A stretch of 64,000 bases of DNA. Source: Octopus vulgaris (lineage: Eukaryota). The DNA is taken from assembly GCA_951406725.2 (NCBI GenBank), contig OX597823.1:19964001-20028000 (forward strand), written 5' to 3'. Positions 1 through 13,782 of the stretch are shown here, one piece after another; position 1 is the first letter of the stretch; every line of letters starts with the position of its first letter. The notes under the pieces were generated by a model. That model saw nothing but the letters and a program-made list of their open reading frames with translations. It made no database searches and was not told the origin of the DNA. Position numbers and translations under genes: made by a program.

Positions 1-61
1 CATCGACCCAAGTGCGTAACTGGTAGTTAATTTATCGACCTCGAAAGGATGAAAGGCAAAG

Positions 62-65
<4 letters not shown>
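1..65 (-). mobile_element. SINE family A fragment (other decayed copies at ~12135-12250, 50780-50980, 60815-60990)
   Basis: cgaaaggatgaaaggcaaagtcga core motif. Confidence 0.75.
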
Positions 66-123
<58 letters not shown>

Positions 124-423
124 AATTGAGATAGGGGTTGTAAATGCAACCCTCCATGGGATAATATATATCCAATAAACTGCTAGTGAAGTACCCAACA
201 AAGTAGTAATTTTCCTTATGACATAAATACACTATTGGATTTGAATTTAAATTATCATTGTCTTCCTCACGGTTGGTTCGCCGAGAGCTGCCCGACCTCC
301 ACCACTTATAATTACTTATACTTATATTCTCTTTTTTATATATATTCTACTTATTATACAACATTACTCTTTTATGTACACTTTTTTTTATGTACACTGA
401 TTTGTTCTGCTTTTTTATGTTTA

Positions 424-469
<46 letters not shown>

Positions 470-474
<5 letters not shown>

Positions 475-860
475 AATTAATAAATAAAACATATGCACAT
501 ATACATACATATATGTACGTACCTACCTCTACATGTATATATACATGCATATATGGGTACAGGACACCAAAAAAACGTCGAACGCAATGGGAAACGAAAA
601 CATAAACACAAAACCAAGGAAATGTACATTTCTTTTAAACAACGAAAAAATAGAGTACAGGGCATACAAAACAAGGAAAATTCCCCTTCTTCAGTCGCCT
701 TAGTTTCATCTACTCCACGTTTCGAATGTCAAGGCGATACATGACTTTAATGAAACTTTCCTTCCCGCGAAAATCAAATTAAATAAAATTTGAGATTTTT
801 TTGCGGAGGGGTAAAAATGGTAACAAAAACAGGACAGTAACGACAGTACAAAATATATAC
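470..860 (-). repeat. Dispersed repeat (copies at 34470-34860; relatives at 21510-21700 and 35165-35365)
   Basis: High identity to 34470-34860. Shared GAAA..gTAgat..CTGAAGAaggg motif. All copies sit in microsatellites. Confidence 0.8.
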
Positions 861-1057
861 AGTAAAAGACAGGACACGGAGAATAACAGTAACACAAACA
901 AGAAGGGCTGTGAAGCCATACGAGATAATTTTTTTTTACGAACGCTATATTTATACATACACACACACACACACACACACGTATATATATACACGGCCAC
1001 ACGCACATATATGTCTCTATGAATATGATGTATATGTCTATATCTATCTATCAATCA

Positions 1058-1107
<50 letters not shown>

Positions 1108-1122
1108 TTTTCTATCTATCTA

Positions 1123-1221
<99 letters not shown>

Positions 1222-1627
1222 GCCTGTCTATCTATCTATATATCTGTCTTTCTGTCTATATGTCTGTCTGTCAGTCTGTCTGACCGACTTTCTGACTATA
1301 TGCATGTATGAATACGTGTGTTTGTGCGCGTGTGTGTGTGTGAGTGAATGTGTGTGTATATGCATACAAACATAGATGTATCTAATTGTATTTGCATGTG
1401 TGTGCACGAACGCGCGTTTGTTTGTGTATGGACATTGTAAATATAATGATAATATTTGGGAGTGGGAAGAGGGCAAAATGTAGCAATATGCCCAATAAAA
1501 ACGAAAAATAGCTTAGTTTACAGAGCGATGATGTAATAATAAATGAAATGACTTCAGCAAAATGAGACTTTAAAAAGATAAAGTTACCCATATGAATATA
1601 TATGCATTGAAATAAATAAATATAAAA

Positions 1628-1692
<65 letters not shown>

Positions 1693-1694
<2 letters not shown>

Positions 1695-1970
1695 GAGGCG
1701 CAATGGCCCAGTGGTTAGGGTAGCGGACTCGCGGTCGGAGATTCGCGGTTTCGATTCCCAGACCGGGCGTTGTGTGTGTTTATTGAAAAGCTCCATGAGG
1801 CTCCGGCAGGGGATTTTGATCCCTGCTGTACTCTTTCACCACTGTTTCTCCCACTCTTTCCTCTGTTAGCCTGCTCGCTTAGCCAGCAGGGTGGCTAAAA
1901 CAATGCGAACGCATTGTGACCAGCGATGTGTAACAACATCTGATGGTCTGGTCGGTCACGTGATCACGTG
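1693..1970 (+). mobile_element. SINE with family C head and a different tail (tail also at 38565-38683 minus and 62195-62312 plus)
   Basis: Head identical in layout to 18822. Tail cctgctcgcttagccagc..ggtctggtcggtcacgtgatcacgtg. Confidence 0.85.
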
Positions 1971-2009
1971 ATATATATATATATGTATATATATATGTAT
2001 ATATATATG

Positions 2010-2060
<51 letters not shown>

Positions 2061-2079
2061 TAATATATATAGATAAGAT

Positions 2080-2120
2080 ACTAGCACTATGACCCGGTAA
2101 CGCCGGGTCATAATGCTAGT
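2080..2120. mobile_element. Helitron-like terminal hairpin
   Basis: actagcactatgacccgg-taacg-ccgggtcataatgctagt; GC hairpin followed by CTAG-T on both strands. Confidence 0.5.
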
Positions 2121-4017
2121 GCATGCATATACAGTTGCGTGCGTGCGCACATACACGCTTGTACTGTCCAAATCCCCGACCAATCACATACAGCTAGCTC
2201 GCATTCAATTGGCGTATCACAGATTCTTTGAATTCAGAATGTTTATTGAATCTGTTTATATGGAGAAAACAATTATGAATATAAAAATTATAAAGCAAAT
2301 GAGTTAAAATTAATTAATATCCTCATTATGAAACAAAAGGATTTCTAGAAAATTTCCACTTCAGGGTTTGGAGAAATAATGTTCTTTCATACTTGTTGCA
2401 ATTACATCAAAATTGGGGCATTTTGAAGCCAGATCAATTTGGACACAATGTTCGGGTTCTAATCGATTTCTCTGCTTTGTTTTTATGTTCATTGGTGTGG
2501 AAAATCCTTGTTCGTAAAAAGTAGGTTTTATTTTTACTCCACTTGGGTAATTTACTCCGGTTCGCCGACCCCTGTAAGTAATGCTTATCTCCGCTGCAGC
2601 GCGATTTTCGCTTGATGCTGATGCATTTCTGTAATTTTTTTTTACACTATGTCTATAAGCGATGCTTTCTCGACACAAATAATGCAGTTCAGAAGGCAAT
2701 ATATACTTTAAATATGATATACAAATTGCTAATAAAGTCAAATATTTTTTTTCTCTGAGTGAAAATCTTTACGTTTAAGATTATTTCCTTCGCAAATGAA
2801 ATTGAAACATAGCAACATGAATGCGATAAATTGATTATATATTTTAATATTAATATTCGTACTTCCTAACATATTTTGTCTGTAGGCACATATTTTCGGA
2901 TTTTGTGCAAAAGTGAGTCACGTTGTATGTCATCTATAATAGCCTCGATCCAGTCAATGCCTACTGCATGAAACTGGAAGACGGAAATCGTGTGGAAGCC
3001 CGTCGTGTATATATATACATATTCACATCCATATACAGATGTATATATATATGTATATATATATATACATAGTTACACAGATCCATATACGTATGTATAT
3101 ACACACACACACATATACATATGTGTATATGCATGTGCATATATATGTACTATGCAGTAGAAAACTGCGAGTGTATTGAGGATTTGGTGTTTACAAGAAA
3201 AGCTAGATCCTAACAGTGTTGTTTACTTCACGCGCATGCGCTCACACGTACATACGTGAAAACGCACGTGCGCGCTCACACACACACACACACAGAGAAC
3301 AAAATTCAACTAAAATATTGGCGGACATTAATTTATTAGTTCTTTTAACTCAGACAAAACAAACCACAAAAGTAACTTCACCAATCGGAAAACAGCAAAT
3401 TTATTGTTCTTCTAGCTTCTATTGTATAATAATAAATTATTGTTTGTTCGTATGGAAGCAGTTTGAAGTGAACGTGATATGTCAACACACAGTCCGTACA
3501 GAGCGCAATCTCTCAATATTGCTCTTTGTTTCTTTCACAGAACCCCACAAAAGTTTATTTTACTTGTGCCAACAATCAAAAACTACGTTTACTATATTAT
3601 ATACGCCCATACACTAATGTATATCCCACCACAAATACATAGAAGTATATATATACACACGTATAGATTCATGCACAGGCATTCCCTGTGCACACATGCG
3701 TACGTAGCACATGTATAGCCATGCTCATACTGTTCTCATTTGGTTGGTTTACGAAGCAACCTTCCATCTATGAAAGTTTGGTTATTTATTTATTTAATCA
3801 GTTTAAACGTGCGTATAAAATCTGGTAAGCCATAACAGACGGAGGAAGGTGTATATATAACCCCTTATACAAAAAAAGATCAACGAAAACAAAAGCTCAA
3901 AATCTAGAGAGAAGTAAAAGAAAAGTGTAAGAAGTGCAGAGAAGGAACAGATAAACGGTTTTGTTGTTAAATCTTGTTTTATTGCGTCTATGAATTGGAA
4001 GATCCTATGTATGGTTT

Positions 4018-4232
4018 GTAGATGCATGGCTTAGTGGTTAAGGTCTTGTACATATGATCGTAAGATTGTGGTTTCGATTCCTGGACCGGGCGATGCATTG
4101 TATTCTTGAGCAAAACACTTCATTTCACGTTGCTCCAGTCCACTCAGCTGGTAAACGTGAGTAATTCTGCGACGGACTGGTGTTCCGTCCATGGACTGGT
4201 GTTCCGTCCAGAGAAGCTGGAAAATCGGCCCG
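4018..4232 (+). mobile_element. SINE family D (other copies at 9903-10132 minus, 55160-55341 minus; tail fragment 28070-28218)
   Basis: tggcttagtggttaag / ggtttcgattcc boxes; ggactggYgtcccRtccag (V-domain-like) segment. Confidence 0.8.
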
Positions 4233-4810
4233 ATACTTATTACATAGTAATGTGTTTTAACCAATCAAATCCTTGAACATCTATTGTATCTGTGGCCTGA
4301 GTAGCCATTTTAAAAATACGTTTTAAACTGTTTTCTCACTCAGACTAGTAATTTTAGCAATAAAGCATAATGCTATTCGATCTTTGAATAATCCCCACAG
4401 GAGCATAATGGCGATTCCATACAACCTGTCCCTGATGGAATTTCGGAATTTCGGTAGATTAACGGTTGGCAATCATTTATTCAATTTAACGTGGAGCCGC
4501 TCATTTTCTCTAACAAAACAATTACTTACATATTGTCTGTTGTTGTTGTTGTTGTTGTTGTTTAACTCACATGATAAAGATGTCTCAGTTGTGACTAACT
4601 ATTTGTCTTTGTCAGACACAATGTATCTAGGTATTCATTATTCAGTTTGTTTTTCCGTTTTTAAGACACCAGGAATTTGGCTAGTGTTTCTAGCAGCACA
4701 ATTGATGCTGTAGATGCTCATGTTATTAGCTAGTATAAGGAATTAGTATAAGCAGAAGCTATATTATACATATTAATAGGAAAGGAAAGATTAACTGAGC
4801 TTTCGATCAC

Positions 4811-4887
<77 letters not shown>

Positions 4888-5799
4888 CACACACACACAC
4901 ATCACTTCAGAGAGGAAGTGTTAATAGAAGGTTATCACTACTGTGTTTAACATGCAAATTTATCCGCTGACAGGATCTTAACCTGGGAAAACAGACGTAA
5001 ACAAGAGGTGTTTACTGTAGTGCGTTTAGTTGACTAGAAGTGAAGGAGTATTGTGACCAGAAAATTATAGAGAAGTTGTAATGTGACTAGAAATTGTTCA
5101 GCTCAACATCTGCTCAAATGACATAGATTACGATCAAAGGAGCTTTGGTTGTGAACATCCTGTTCGTTTATGAAACATCGTGAAACATCCTGTTTTTTTT
5201 AAAAAAAAACACGTTTCTGAATATCCTTTTCATTTTAAGATTCTATTATCCAAGTCACCATTCAACTGATAAATTATTGATAATGAACAAAATCTTACAA
5301 TAATACGGCCATTCCAAAAGTGAGATATTTAGTCGGTGGCTTCACGAAAGAAAATTCATGTTCAAGACGTGGAATTCCCTGCTTGCTGACTAGTGAACGG
5401 CAATCGTTCACGAACTGACTATTTTGGGACACAACTGAAATCGGTCAAAGGCAGGAAAATCCATCTCGTCCAGAAGGGATTTTGCTTCCAATGATTTCGT
5501 TTCAAGATTTTTGTGTGTGTTTGTACACACACACACACACACGCACAAAATTATGTTTCTGTTTAAGTTGTAAACAGTTGTAATACTGTAGGTTTGTCAG
5601 CACCAGATGAAGTTCCCCTGGCAATGTAAAAGAAAAGGTACATGGTACATACATACCAGTAATCAGTTCAGTGGGAGAAAGAATGATGATCAGGACCACT
5701 TCTACGAAAACTGGAGGCAAGCTCCACTCAGGTATAACTTCGTGTGTTTCAGTAATGAAAGAAGGTCTTTCCATAAAAATTATGAACGGAGGGACACAT

Positions 5800-5890
<91 letters not shown>

Positions 5891-6282
5891 TATGCAGCAT
5901 GAGTGGCAGGCTTAACCCACCTCTTCGTTTAAGGTCACACAGTTACCTGGTCTTTGGTTGAATTTAGCGGAATTCTTCTTGATACAGACTCTTGGGTTGT
6001 AAAATCGACTCCTTCCGGGTTCTTTGTCTTTCCACGCTTTTCATGAATTCATTTGGCTTGAGCTGTTCAGCTCTGGTATTAACCTAATCAATCCCACGTC
6101 TCTGGAAGGATCTGGAAGGATCTGGAAATATCTGAAAGAACGGTGAGCACTACCATTCGCCTCTTTTCTCGCGTCATCTTATAAAGAAAAGAAACAAATT
6201 TTAACATTGACAGACACACAAAGACGTACACAATCACAATGACACGCGCATACACACAATAAGAAGGTGCACGAACACGTAG

Positions 6283-6372
<90 letters not shown>

Positions 6373-7051
6373 AGAGGCCCGTGCGTTTCTTTCTCAAGAT
6401 GCAACTTTTAAAGTAATCAAGTTATGTCTGCGATTCATATCATTTAGTTTCAGATCAGAATGATAGATTGCGGCGGTCTGATTTTTACCATTCTTTGAAT
6501 GAACGAGAAAATAAACAAATAACGAAAGGCATAAACGTATAAACAAACAAATAAGCGGCACCACCCGAAGCCCTGCCCAGCCTCACCTCATCACTACCAC
6601 ACGTCACTCATGTCAAAAAGAATCTTTTCAATCTGAAGCAGTTGACAACTACTTCTCTGTTTCGACGTTGTACAAATAGCTTGGTGATAGACGGCTAAAC
6701 GAGGTACATCCCCGTCTTTGCCATTACAAGGAATGAAGGTGTATCGTACAGCGATAGAGCTCTGGTATTGGATATCTTAGTCAGGGCAGAGGAATTTGTG
6801 TACGAGAGAGACTGACTGTCAGAAAGTGGGAGAGAGGAAAACATACATAGAGACAAAAATGAGCGTGGCGGATAATGATTGTGTTACGCGGTTGATAAGG
6901 GTTACGTTGGGTTGGGTCGGGTCACGATTTCATAATCAATATTGTGACTGAGTGATTGAATTCTCTTGCGCAACATCCCTGGCTGCAATTTTAACAGCTC
7001 ATTTCTCTACACCACCACCACCACCGTCATTCCTCCATCATCCTGAATATA

Positions 7052-7704
7052 CAGTAATCACTCGCCATATCGCGGTTCACCTATCGAAGTTCACTTATCA
7101 TAGTTCACCTATCGCGGTTTAGTATTTAAGCTTATATATGGTGCTGTTTTGCATTTATAATAAAACAAATACTCTTTACTCTTTACTTTTTTTTACTTGT
7201 TTCAGTCATTTGACTGCGGCCATGCCGGAGCACCGCCTTTAGTCGAGTAAATCGACCCCGGGACTTATTCTTTGTAAGACCAGTACTTATTCTATCGGTC
7301 TCTTTTGCCGAACCGCTAAGTGACAGGGACGTAAACACACCAGCATCGGTTGTCAAGCAATTCTAGGGGGACAAACACATACACATGCACACACACATAT
7401 ATATATATATATATATACGAAGGCTTCTTTCAGTTTCCGTCTACCAGATCCACTCACAAGGCATTGGTCGGCCAGGGGCTATAGCAGAGGACACTTGCCC
7501 AAGATGCCACGCAGTAGGACTGAACCCGGAACCATGTGGTTGGTTAGCATGCTACTTACCACACAGCCACCCCTGCGCCTAAATATATACAAATTATAAA
7601 AATATTAAAAAAAATATACAGTACTGTACTGTTTCTACTTCACGGATTTTCATCTATCGCGTGGGTTTTGGAACGTAACACCCGCGATAGTCGAGGGATT
7701 ACTG
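7052..7704. mobile_element. pogo/Tigger-like MITE
   Basis: TA-cagtaatcactcg..atcgcgg / ccgcgatagtcgagggattactg-TA. Confidence 0.85.
7172..7580 (-). mobile_element. SINE family B (tRNA head, CORE-like cttgggcaagtg, internal microsatellite, LINE-like tail), nested in a MITE
   Basis: Head ggcgcaggggtggctgtgtggtaag..gggttcagtcc; tail ccagcatggccgcagtcaaatgactgaaacaagtaaa. Confidence 0.9.
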
Positions 7705-7799
7705 TATTCGTCTTACGTAATAATAATAATGATAGTGGTTGTAGTGGTTCTAACAGCTTAAATGACTGCGGTGAGGCTAGGGCTCTGCCTTGAAAGATC

Positions 7800-8117
7800 T
7801 TAGGCGAATGAATCGGCCTCAATACATACTTTTGAATGCCTGGTACTTATCTTATCAGTTTCTTTTGCCGAACCACTAAATTACGGATACTAAACACACC
7901 AACACCGGTTGTTAAGCAGTGGCGGGAACGACACAGACACAAAGACGCGCCCCCATATATATATCATCATCATCATTTAACGTCCGCTTTCCATGCTAGC
8001 ATGGGTTGGTCGATTTGACTGAGGACTGGCGAACCAGATGGCTGCACCAGGCTCCAATCTGATCTGGAAGAGTTTCTACAGCTGGATAGCTGGATGCCCT
8101 TCCTAACGCCAAGATGC

Positions 8118-8172
<55 letters not shown>

Positions 8173-8340
8173 AATACACACATATACGACGGGATTCTTT
8201 CAGTTTCCACCTACCAAATCTACTCGCAGCCCGAAGGCTTTAATAGAAGGGACTTATCCAACATGCCACGCAGTAGGACTGAACGCACAACCATGTGGTT
8301 GGGAAGCAAGCTTCTTACCACACAGCCATTCCAGTGCCTA
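7800..8340 (-). mobile_element. SINE family B interrupted by a retroposon 3' tail (7963-8115)
   Basis: B halves at 7800-7945 and 8185-8340. Insert carries ggcgttaggaagggcatccagc..ggacgttaaa(tga)n on the minus strand. Confidence 0.75.
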
Positions 8341-8797
8341 TATAATGCTTGTCACAGTATAGATTTTTGCCACATCTAGGGGTGAACAATGAACCCTATT
8401 GGGTCATAAGATCATCACTATGGACCCGTTTGCAAACAACATACTGCATTGGAAGTAGATTCTCACAGCATTCTCTAAGTTAAACGTGGATTTCGAACTC
8501 ACAACTTACTTCCTACTTATGCCACAAAGCAGAGGAACCATGGTGTAACCCACTATAGTGTGGTAAACTTTCAGACCCTAGTCTAGATTGCGAATCCTCT
8601 GAACCCCAGGATGGTTCAGCTCTCCACCCGTTAAAAGCCACCGTTTACGGAATGAGGATAACAACGTAGCTTTCGCGCCCGTACAACAGCCAGTCTATCG
8701 CCAGTCTATCTTCAAGTCGCCGCACGCATTCTTAGTAGCCTAGAGTAGGCTCGAATTAGATATTATTCTTTGTGGCTAATAGCGTGAGACCTGATTG

Positions 8798-8889
8798 GAA
8801 GAAGAAGAAGAAGAAGAAGAAGAAGAAGAAGAAGAAGAAGAAGAAGAAGAAGAAGAAGAAGAAGAAGAAGAAGAAGAAGAAGAAGAAGA
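8798..8889. repeat. (GAA)n trinucleotide tract
   Basis: About 30 perfect units. Confidence 0.97.
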
Positions 8890-9614
8890 CAGCTACACAA
8901 GAGCCTTCATATAATCGTTAAAACTAGCAGTTATATCTCCTTTAAATTACACGTTTACTATCGTGGTGGGTGATGAAGCCCGTGGCCATGGATGGAATGC
9001 CTTTGATCTCATGTCTATTAGATCTCAAAGCTCACTCTATCGAAACAAGAACGTGTACGAGAACATCAATAACAGGAATGTATAAACTGAAACGAACGCC
9101 TATAGAAAGTTTAAGGACGATTAAGTAGATAAAACTATTTTATATTTGAAGAAAGTTCTAGGTGGATACTTTAGCCGAGATCTGAAACGGTATGCCAGTT
9201 AAGTGGCACACACACACACACACACAAACACACACTCATACACAAACACACACTCATACACACACACACAGACGTAGACAGACAGACACACACACACACA
9301 TAAACACACGCTAATTTGAATGTTGTTCCTTGTTGCAGGGTATTTAAAATGGCGGACCGACTGGAATTGGATAAAAAAAAAAGAAATAAAGGGGAAAAAA
9401 ACTATAAGGAAGAAGGAAAAGAAAAAAGAAGGAACTATATCATGTTGAAAGATTTAAAGTTTTATGGCTGAGTAACGGTTGATATGTGGCGGTGGAGGGA
9501 GAAAAGATACGTATTGGTGTTGTTGCTTTTGTAGTTGTTGCTTTGGTGGTGGTGGTGTTAGTGGTAATGTTTTATAGTAGTTGTTGTGACAGCTTTAGCT
9601 CTGGTTGTTGTTTG

Positions 9615-9627
9615 TAGTAGTAGTTGT

Positions 9628-9715
<88 letters not shown>

Positions 9716-9730
9716 ATAGTAGTAGTAGTA
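9615..9730. repeat. (AGC)n(AGT)n tract
   Basis: Directly visible. Confidence 0.95.
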
Positions 9731-10164
9731 TTGGTTTTGTTATAACACTTGCTTTCTCTTCGAAGCTATTCTGAAGACGAATACAGTACCTCTAACCATT
9801 CCAGTCGCTCCTCTCACACTAGTGAAGCGGATAAGCTGATACCTACTCGAAAATCCGTAGCCGGAAACTTGGGGATTAGAACGATCGCTTGGAACTCATG
9901 GTTAGTCCTCATCACCCCATAAGGAGCATAGGGTCCATTTCCCATTTCTCTGGCCTTTGTATTTTCCTCCCTGGATGGGACGCCAGTCCATCTCAGGATT
10001 GGTGATTTTTTACCAGCCGAATGAACTGGAGCAAGGTGAAAGAGCACAAACGCATTGTCCGGTCCAGGAATCGAAATCACAGACTCACGATCAGAAGTCA
10101 ATCACCGTAGCTACTAAGCCATGTGCATCCACCTTAGAATACAAGTTCTTCATTTTCTTTTCCT

Positions 10165-10521
10165 TCTCTCCGTCGGTTACGACGACGACGGTTCCAGTTG
10201 AACCGATCAACAGAACAGCCTGCTCGTGAAATTAACATGCAAGTGGCTGAGCACTAAACAGACACGTGTACCCTTAACGTAGTTCTCGGGGATATTCAGC
10301 GTGACACAGAGTGAGACAAGGCTGGCCCTTTGAAATACAGGTACAACAGAAACAGGAAGAAAGAGTGAGAGAAAGTTGTGGTGAAAGAGTACAGCAGGGT
10401 TCGCCACCAACCCTGCCAGAGCCTCGTGGAGTTTTAGGTGTTTTCGCTCAAAAAACACTCACAACGCCCGGTCTGGGAATCGAAACCGCGATCCTACAAC
10501 CGCGAGTCCGCTGCTCTAACC
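10165..10521 (-). mobile_element. SINE family C, full length
   Basis: Reverse-complement match to 18822-19208. Confidence 0.9.
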
Positions 10522-11300
10522 ACTGAGCCATTGCCCCTCCACAGTACTTCACTTAATGTATGAAGGAACAGGTTGTGGTCATAATGTATTTTTTTATCAT
10601 CGTAGTGGAATGAAAGTATTTGTGGTGGTGTGATGGTGGCAGTAATATTGTTGTGGGCTTTCTGTAGCTTCTGGTCAGCACCGATCGCGTAGTTCTGTGA
10701 CACGTAGGTAGTTGGTCGTAAGACGCGGCGTAAACCACAGATCTATTCTCCCAAATATACAATGTCTCTGAACAGTTGTCACCATATCGCAAACCCTGAT
10801 ATGCGGTGATCAATTCTAAAGAGTGCAGCGTAACATTCTGCATCGTCTTCACCGTCCAGTTTATTTCTGTCGATTCTAGTTGAGGCCACGGCGAAGCGGG
10901 TGAGTTGAACTCCGCCAAAGCGTCACGGTTGTCGTTCCTCTGCACTTGTTTTTGGAGGTGTAATTCCCAGGACAGGTGATAGAGTTAATGAGGTTATGAT
11001 GATGCTATGAATGTTGCAGGTATTTCTATTTTCATGTCTGTCTGGTCTTGGAGATCCATAGCTTTTATGATGCTATTGTAGCAGTGGTGTATACATTTCT
11101 GGGTAGAGGGAGATAATTTTTTTTACTTATGGAGCTGCAATGACTTTAAGAGTTGAAGTTTAACGTTGTAGGTTATGCGAAAGGGTTATTAATTTTCCCT
11201 CACATTGGCCCAAGAACGTAAATTTAATTAAGGCTCCATCGATCCAGGAATTGGCTGATACTTATTAAATCGATCACTAGAGTTTTGAAAAACAAATTTG

Positions 11301-11700
11301 GGATCTTTTCGGTTTGAACGGCAGTTTTTTCTAGCGGTGTCATATGAAATTATCACCCATAATTATGACCCTAGTATCGATCTATTGCATTTCAATCTAT
11401 TTTCGGGTTAGGGTATCTTTTTTTCTTCACAAATGTAAATAAACCCAATCTGTTTCTTAAACGAGGGACATTTTCATACGGCACAGAATGTTTTCATCTC
11501 AATAGACGATCATTGATTGGTTGAAATTGCAGAAATTGAAGAAAAAAAACACAACAAATACCTTACAAACTATAGAATTTTCTCAATAAAGCCAAGAGAA
11601 AAATATGTTTTATAAACACATTCTATCAGTATACTAAGCTTAACATTTTTTAGTTACCTAGAAATTATGTTAAAAACTGCCGTTCAAACCGAAAAGATCC
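11301..11700. mobile_element. MITE with ~29-bp TIR and 8-bp TSD
   Basis: TIR ggatcttttcggtttgaacggcagttttt; TSD caaatttg. Confidence 0.93.
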
Positions 11701-12621
11701 CAAATTTGTTTTCTGCAGAATTAGAACCCCAGCATACTACTATGTCTGCTACATTCGATGACAGTGGAGATCTCAACATTTGACTAAAATTAGCTCAGCC
11801 GAGTTTTCCTTTTCTAACCACGAAAATATTTAATACACGCACAAAGTGTTGATATCTGTGTATTACACATAGTGCTGGCTTAAATCTATAGATATATATT
11901 TCATAGTACCATATTCAAATAACACGAGTTTATCAGAGAGGACTTCGTTCTTCTACACTGATAATTCACGTCTCTCTTTCGCAATGGCATTAAAAGCAGA
12001 AATAAAGAACAACAAAAACAAATATGACAATAACAATAGCGATGACAACATCTACAACAACACAATAATAATCCTTTTTTTAGTATCCTTGAAATTTTGT
12101 GGGAAGAGGGTCCGTTGATTATATCAACTGACACTTTATTTTATCAATCTCCGAGAGGATGAAAGGCAAAGCTGACCTTGGATTGATTTGAATACAGAAC
12201 GTAAAGAATTGAAAGAAATGTCGCTAGCATTTTGTCCGATGCACAATCGGTGCTATCAATCTTTCGTTGTGTGTTTATATAATTTTAAAAGGGACATAAC
12301 TACATATGTACGTACGTATGTATGCATGCATGTATGTATGTATGCATGTATGTATGTATGTATGTATGTATGTATGTATGTATGTATGTATGTATGTATG
12401 TATGTATGGATGGATGTATGTATGTATGTATGTATGTATGTATGTATGTATGTATGTATGTGTGTATGTGTGTGTGTGTGCCTTTGAAACACCGTGAAAG
12501 CGCTTACACACAAAAAAAAACTTCCTTTCATCAGGTCTGTGTTAGTGTGCCGTTTTTGTAAAGATTTAATATAATAGTATTTAACACACGCATACACACA
12601 CACTTACACACACACACACAC

Positions 12622-12695
<74 letters not shown>

Positions 12696-13180
12696 GTTCG
12701 TGAATGGGTGTATTTATGGAAACGTGTTTTACGAGCAATCATATATAAAGACAGTTAAGTATTAACTGAAGGATCCCTCAACAACTTTAAGTAGAGTATC
12801 AAATTTATTTTGACGAAGGCGGCCCACGGAAGCTTGAAGTCCAGGTGGTAATTGTGTGACGATGATTTTTCACACCTCAGAAAATAAACTCACAATAAAC
12901 TGAGTAGATTTTGTGTTTCTTAATGACTTTAATGACTCTTTGACGTAATTACTTCCTTCACCCTCAACAATTAATCTCGCATCAAGTCACTTGGCAGATA
13001 ATTGCAACTCTAACACATGAGTGCATATAGATATATGTATGTATTTAAGAATGTATGTTTGAATGTATGTATGTGCATATATCAGGTAGGTACAATAAAT
13101 GTAGGGCGAATACTTGATAAGTGTAAGCACCTGTATACGCCAGCTAGTAGCAGAGGTGAGATGGTATATGTATCAAATAA

Positions 13181-13782
13181 GGGCGGCGAGCTGGCAGAAT
13201 CGTTAGCACGCCGGGCGAAATGCTTAGCAGTATTTCGTCTGCCGTTACGTTCTGAGTTCAAATTCCGCCGCGGTCGACTGCCTTTCATCCGTTCGGGGTC
13301 GATTAAATAAGTACCGGTTACGCACTGGGGTCGATATAATCGACTTAATCCGTTTGTCTGTCCTTGTTTGTCCTCTATGTGTTTAGCCCCTTGCGAGTAG
13401 TAAAGAAATGAGTATTTCGTCTGCCGTTACGTTCTGAGTTCAAATTCGTCCGAGGTCGATTTTGCCTTTCATCCTTTCGGGGTCGATTAAATAAGTACCA
13501 GTTACGCACTGGGGTCGATATAATCGATTTAATCCGTTTGTCTATCCTTGTTTGTCCTCTATGTGTTTAGCCCCTTGCGGGTAGTAAAGAAATGAGTATT
13601 TCGTCTGCCGTTACGTTCTGAGTTCAAATTCGTCCGAGGTCGACTTTACCTTTCATCCTTTCGGGGTCGATTAAATAAGTACCAGTTACGCACTGGGGTC
13701 GATATAATCGATTTAATCCGTGTGTCTGTCCTTGTTTGTCCTCTCTGTGTTTAGCCCCTTGTAGGTAGTAAAGAAATAGGTA
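13181..13782 (+). mobile_element. SINE family A trimer (one head, three bodies)
   Basis: Head ggcggcgagctggcagaatcgttagc; B-box-like gagttcaaattcc; unit period 182-184 bp; 16-bp TSD ggtatatgtatcaaat (13163-13178 / 13779-13794). Confidence 0.92.

Noticed and set aside
9340-9372. Acceptor-like ttgcag followed by aaaATGGCGG
   Set aside because: Runs into low-complexity A-rich sequence with no donor site or sustained ORF.
10553-10945. 130-aa ORF with faint CUB-like or Gypsy integrase C-terminal flavour
   Set aside because: No diagnostic motif or clear splice sites; the two readings cannot be separated without a search.
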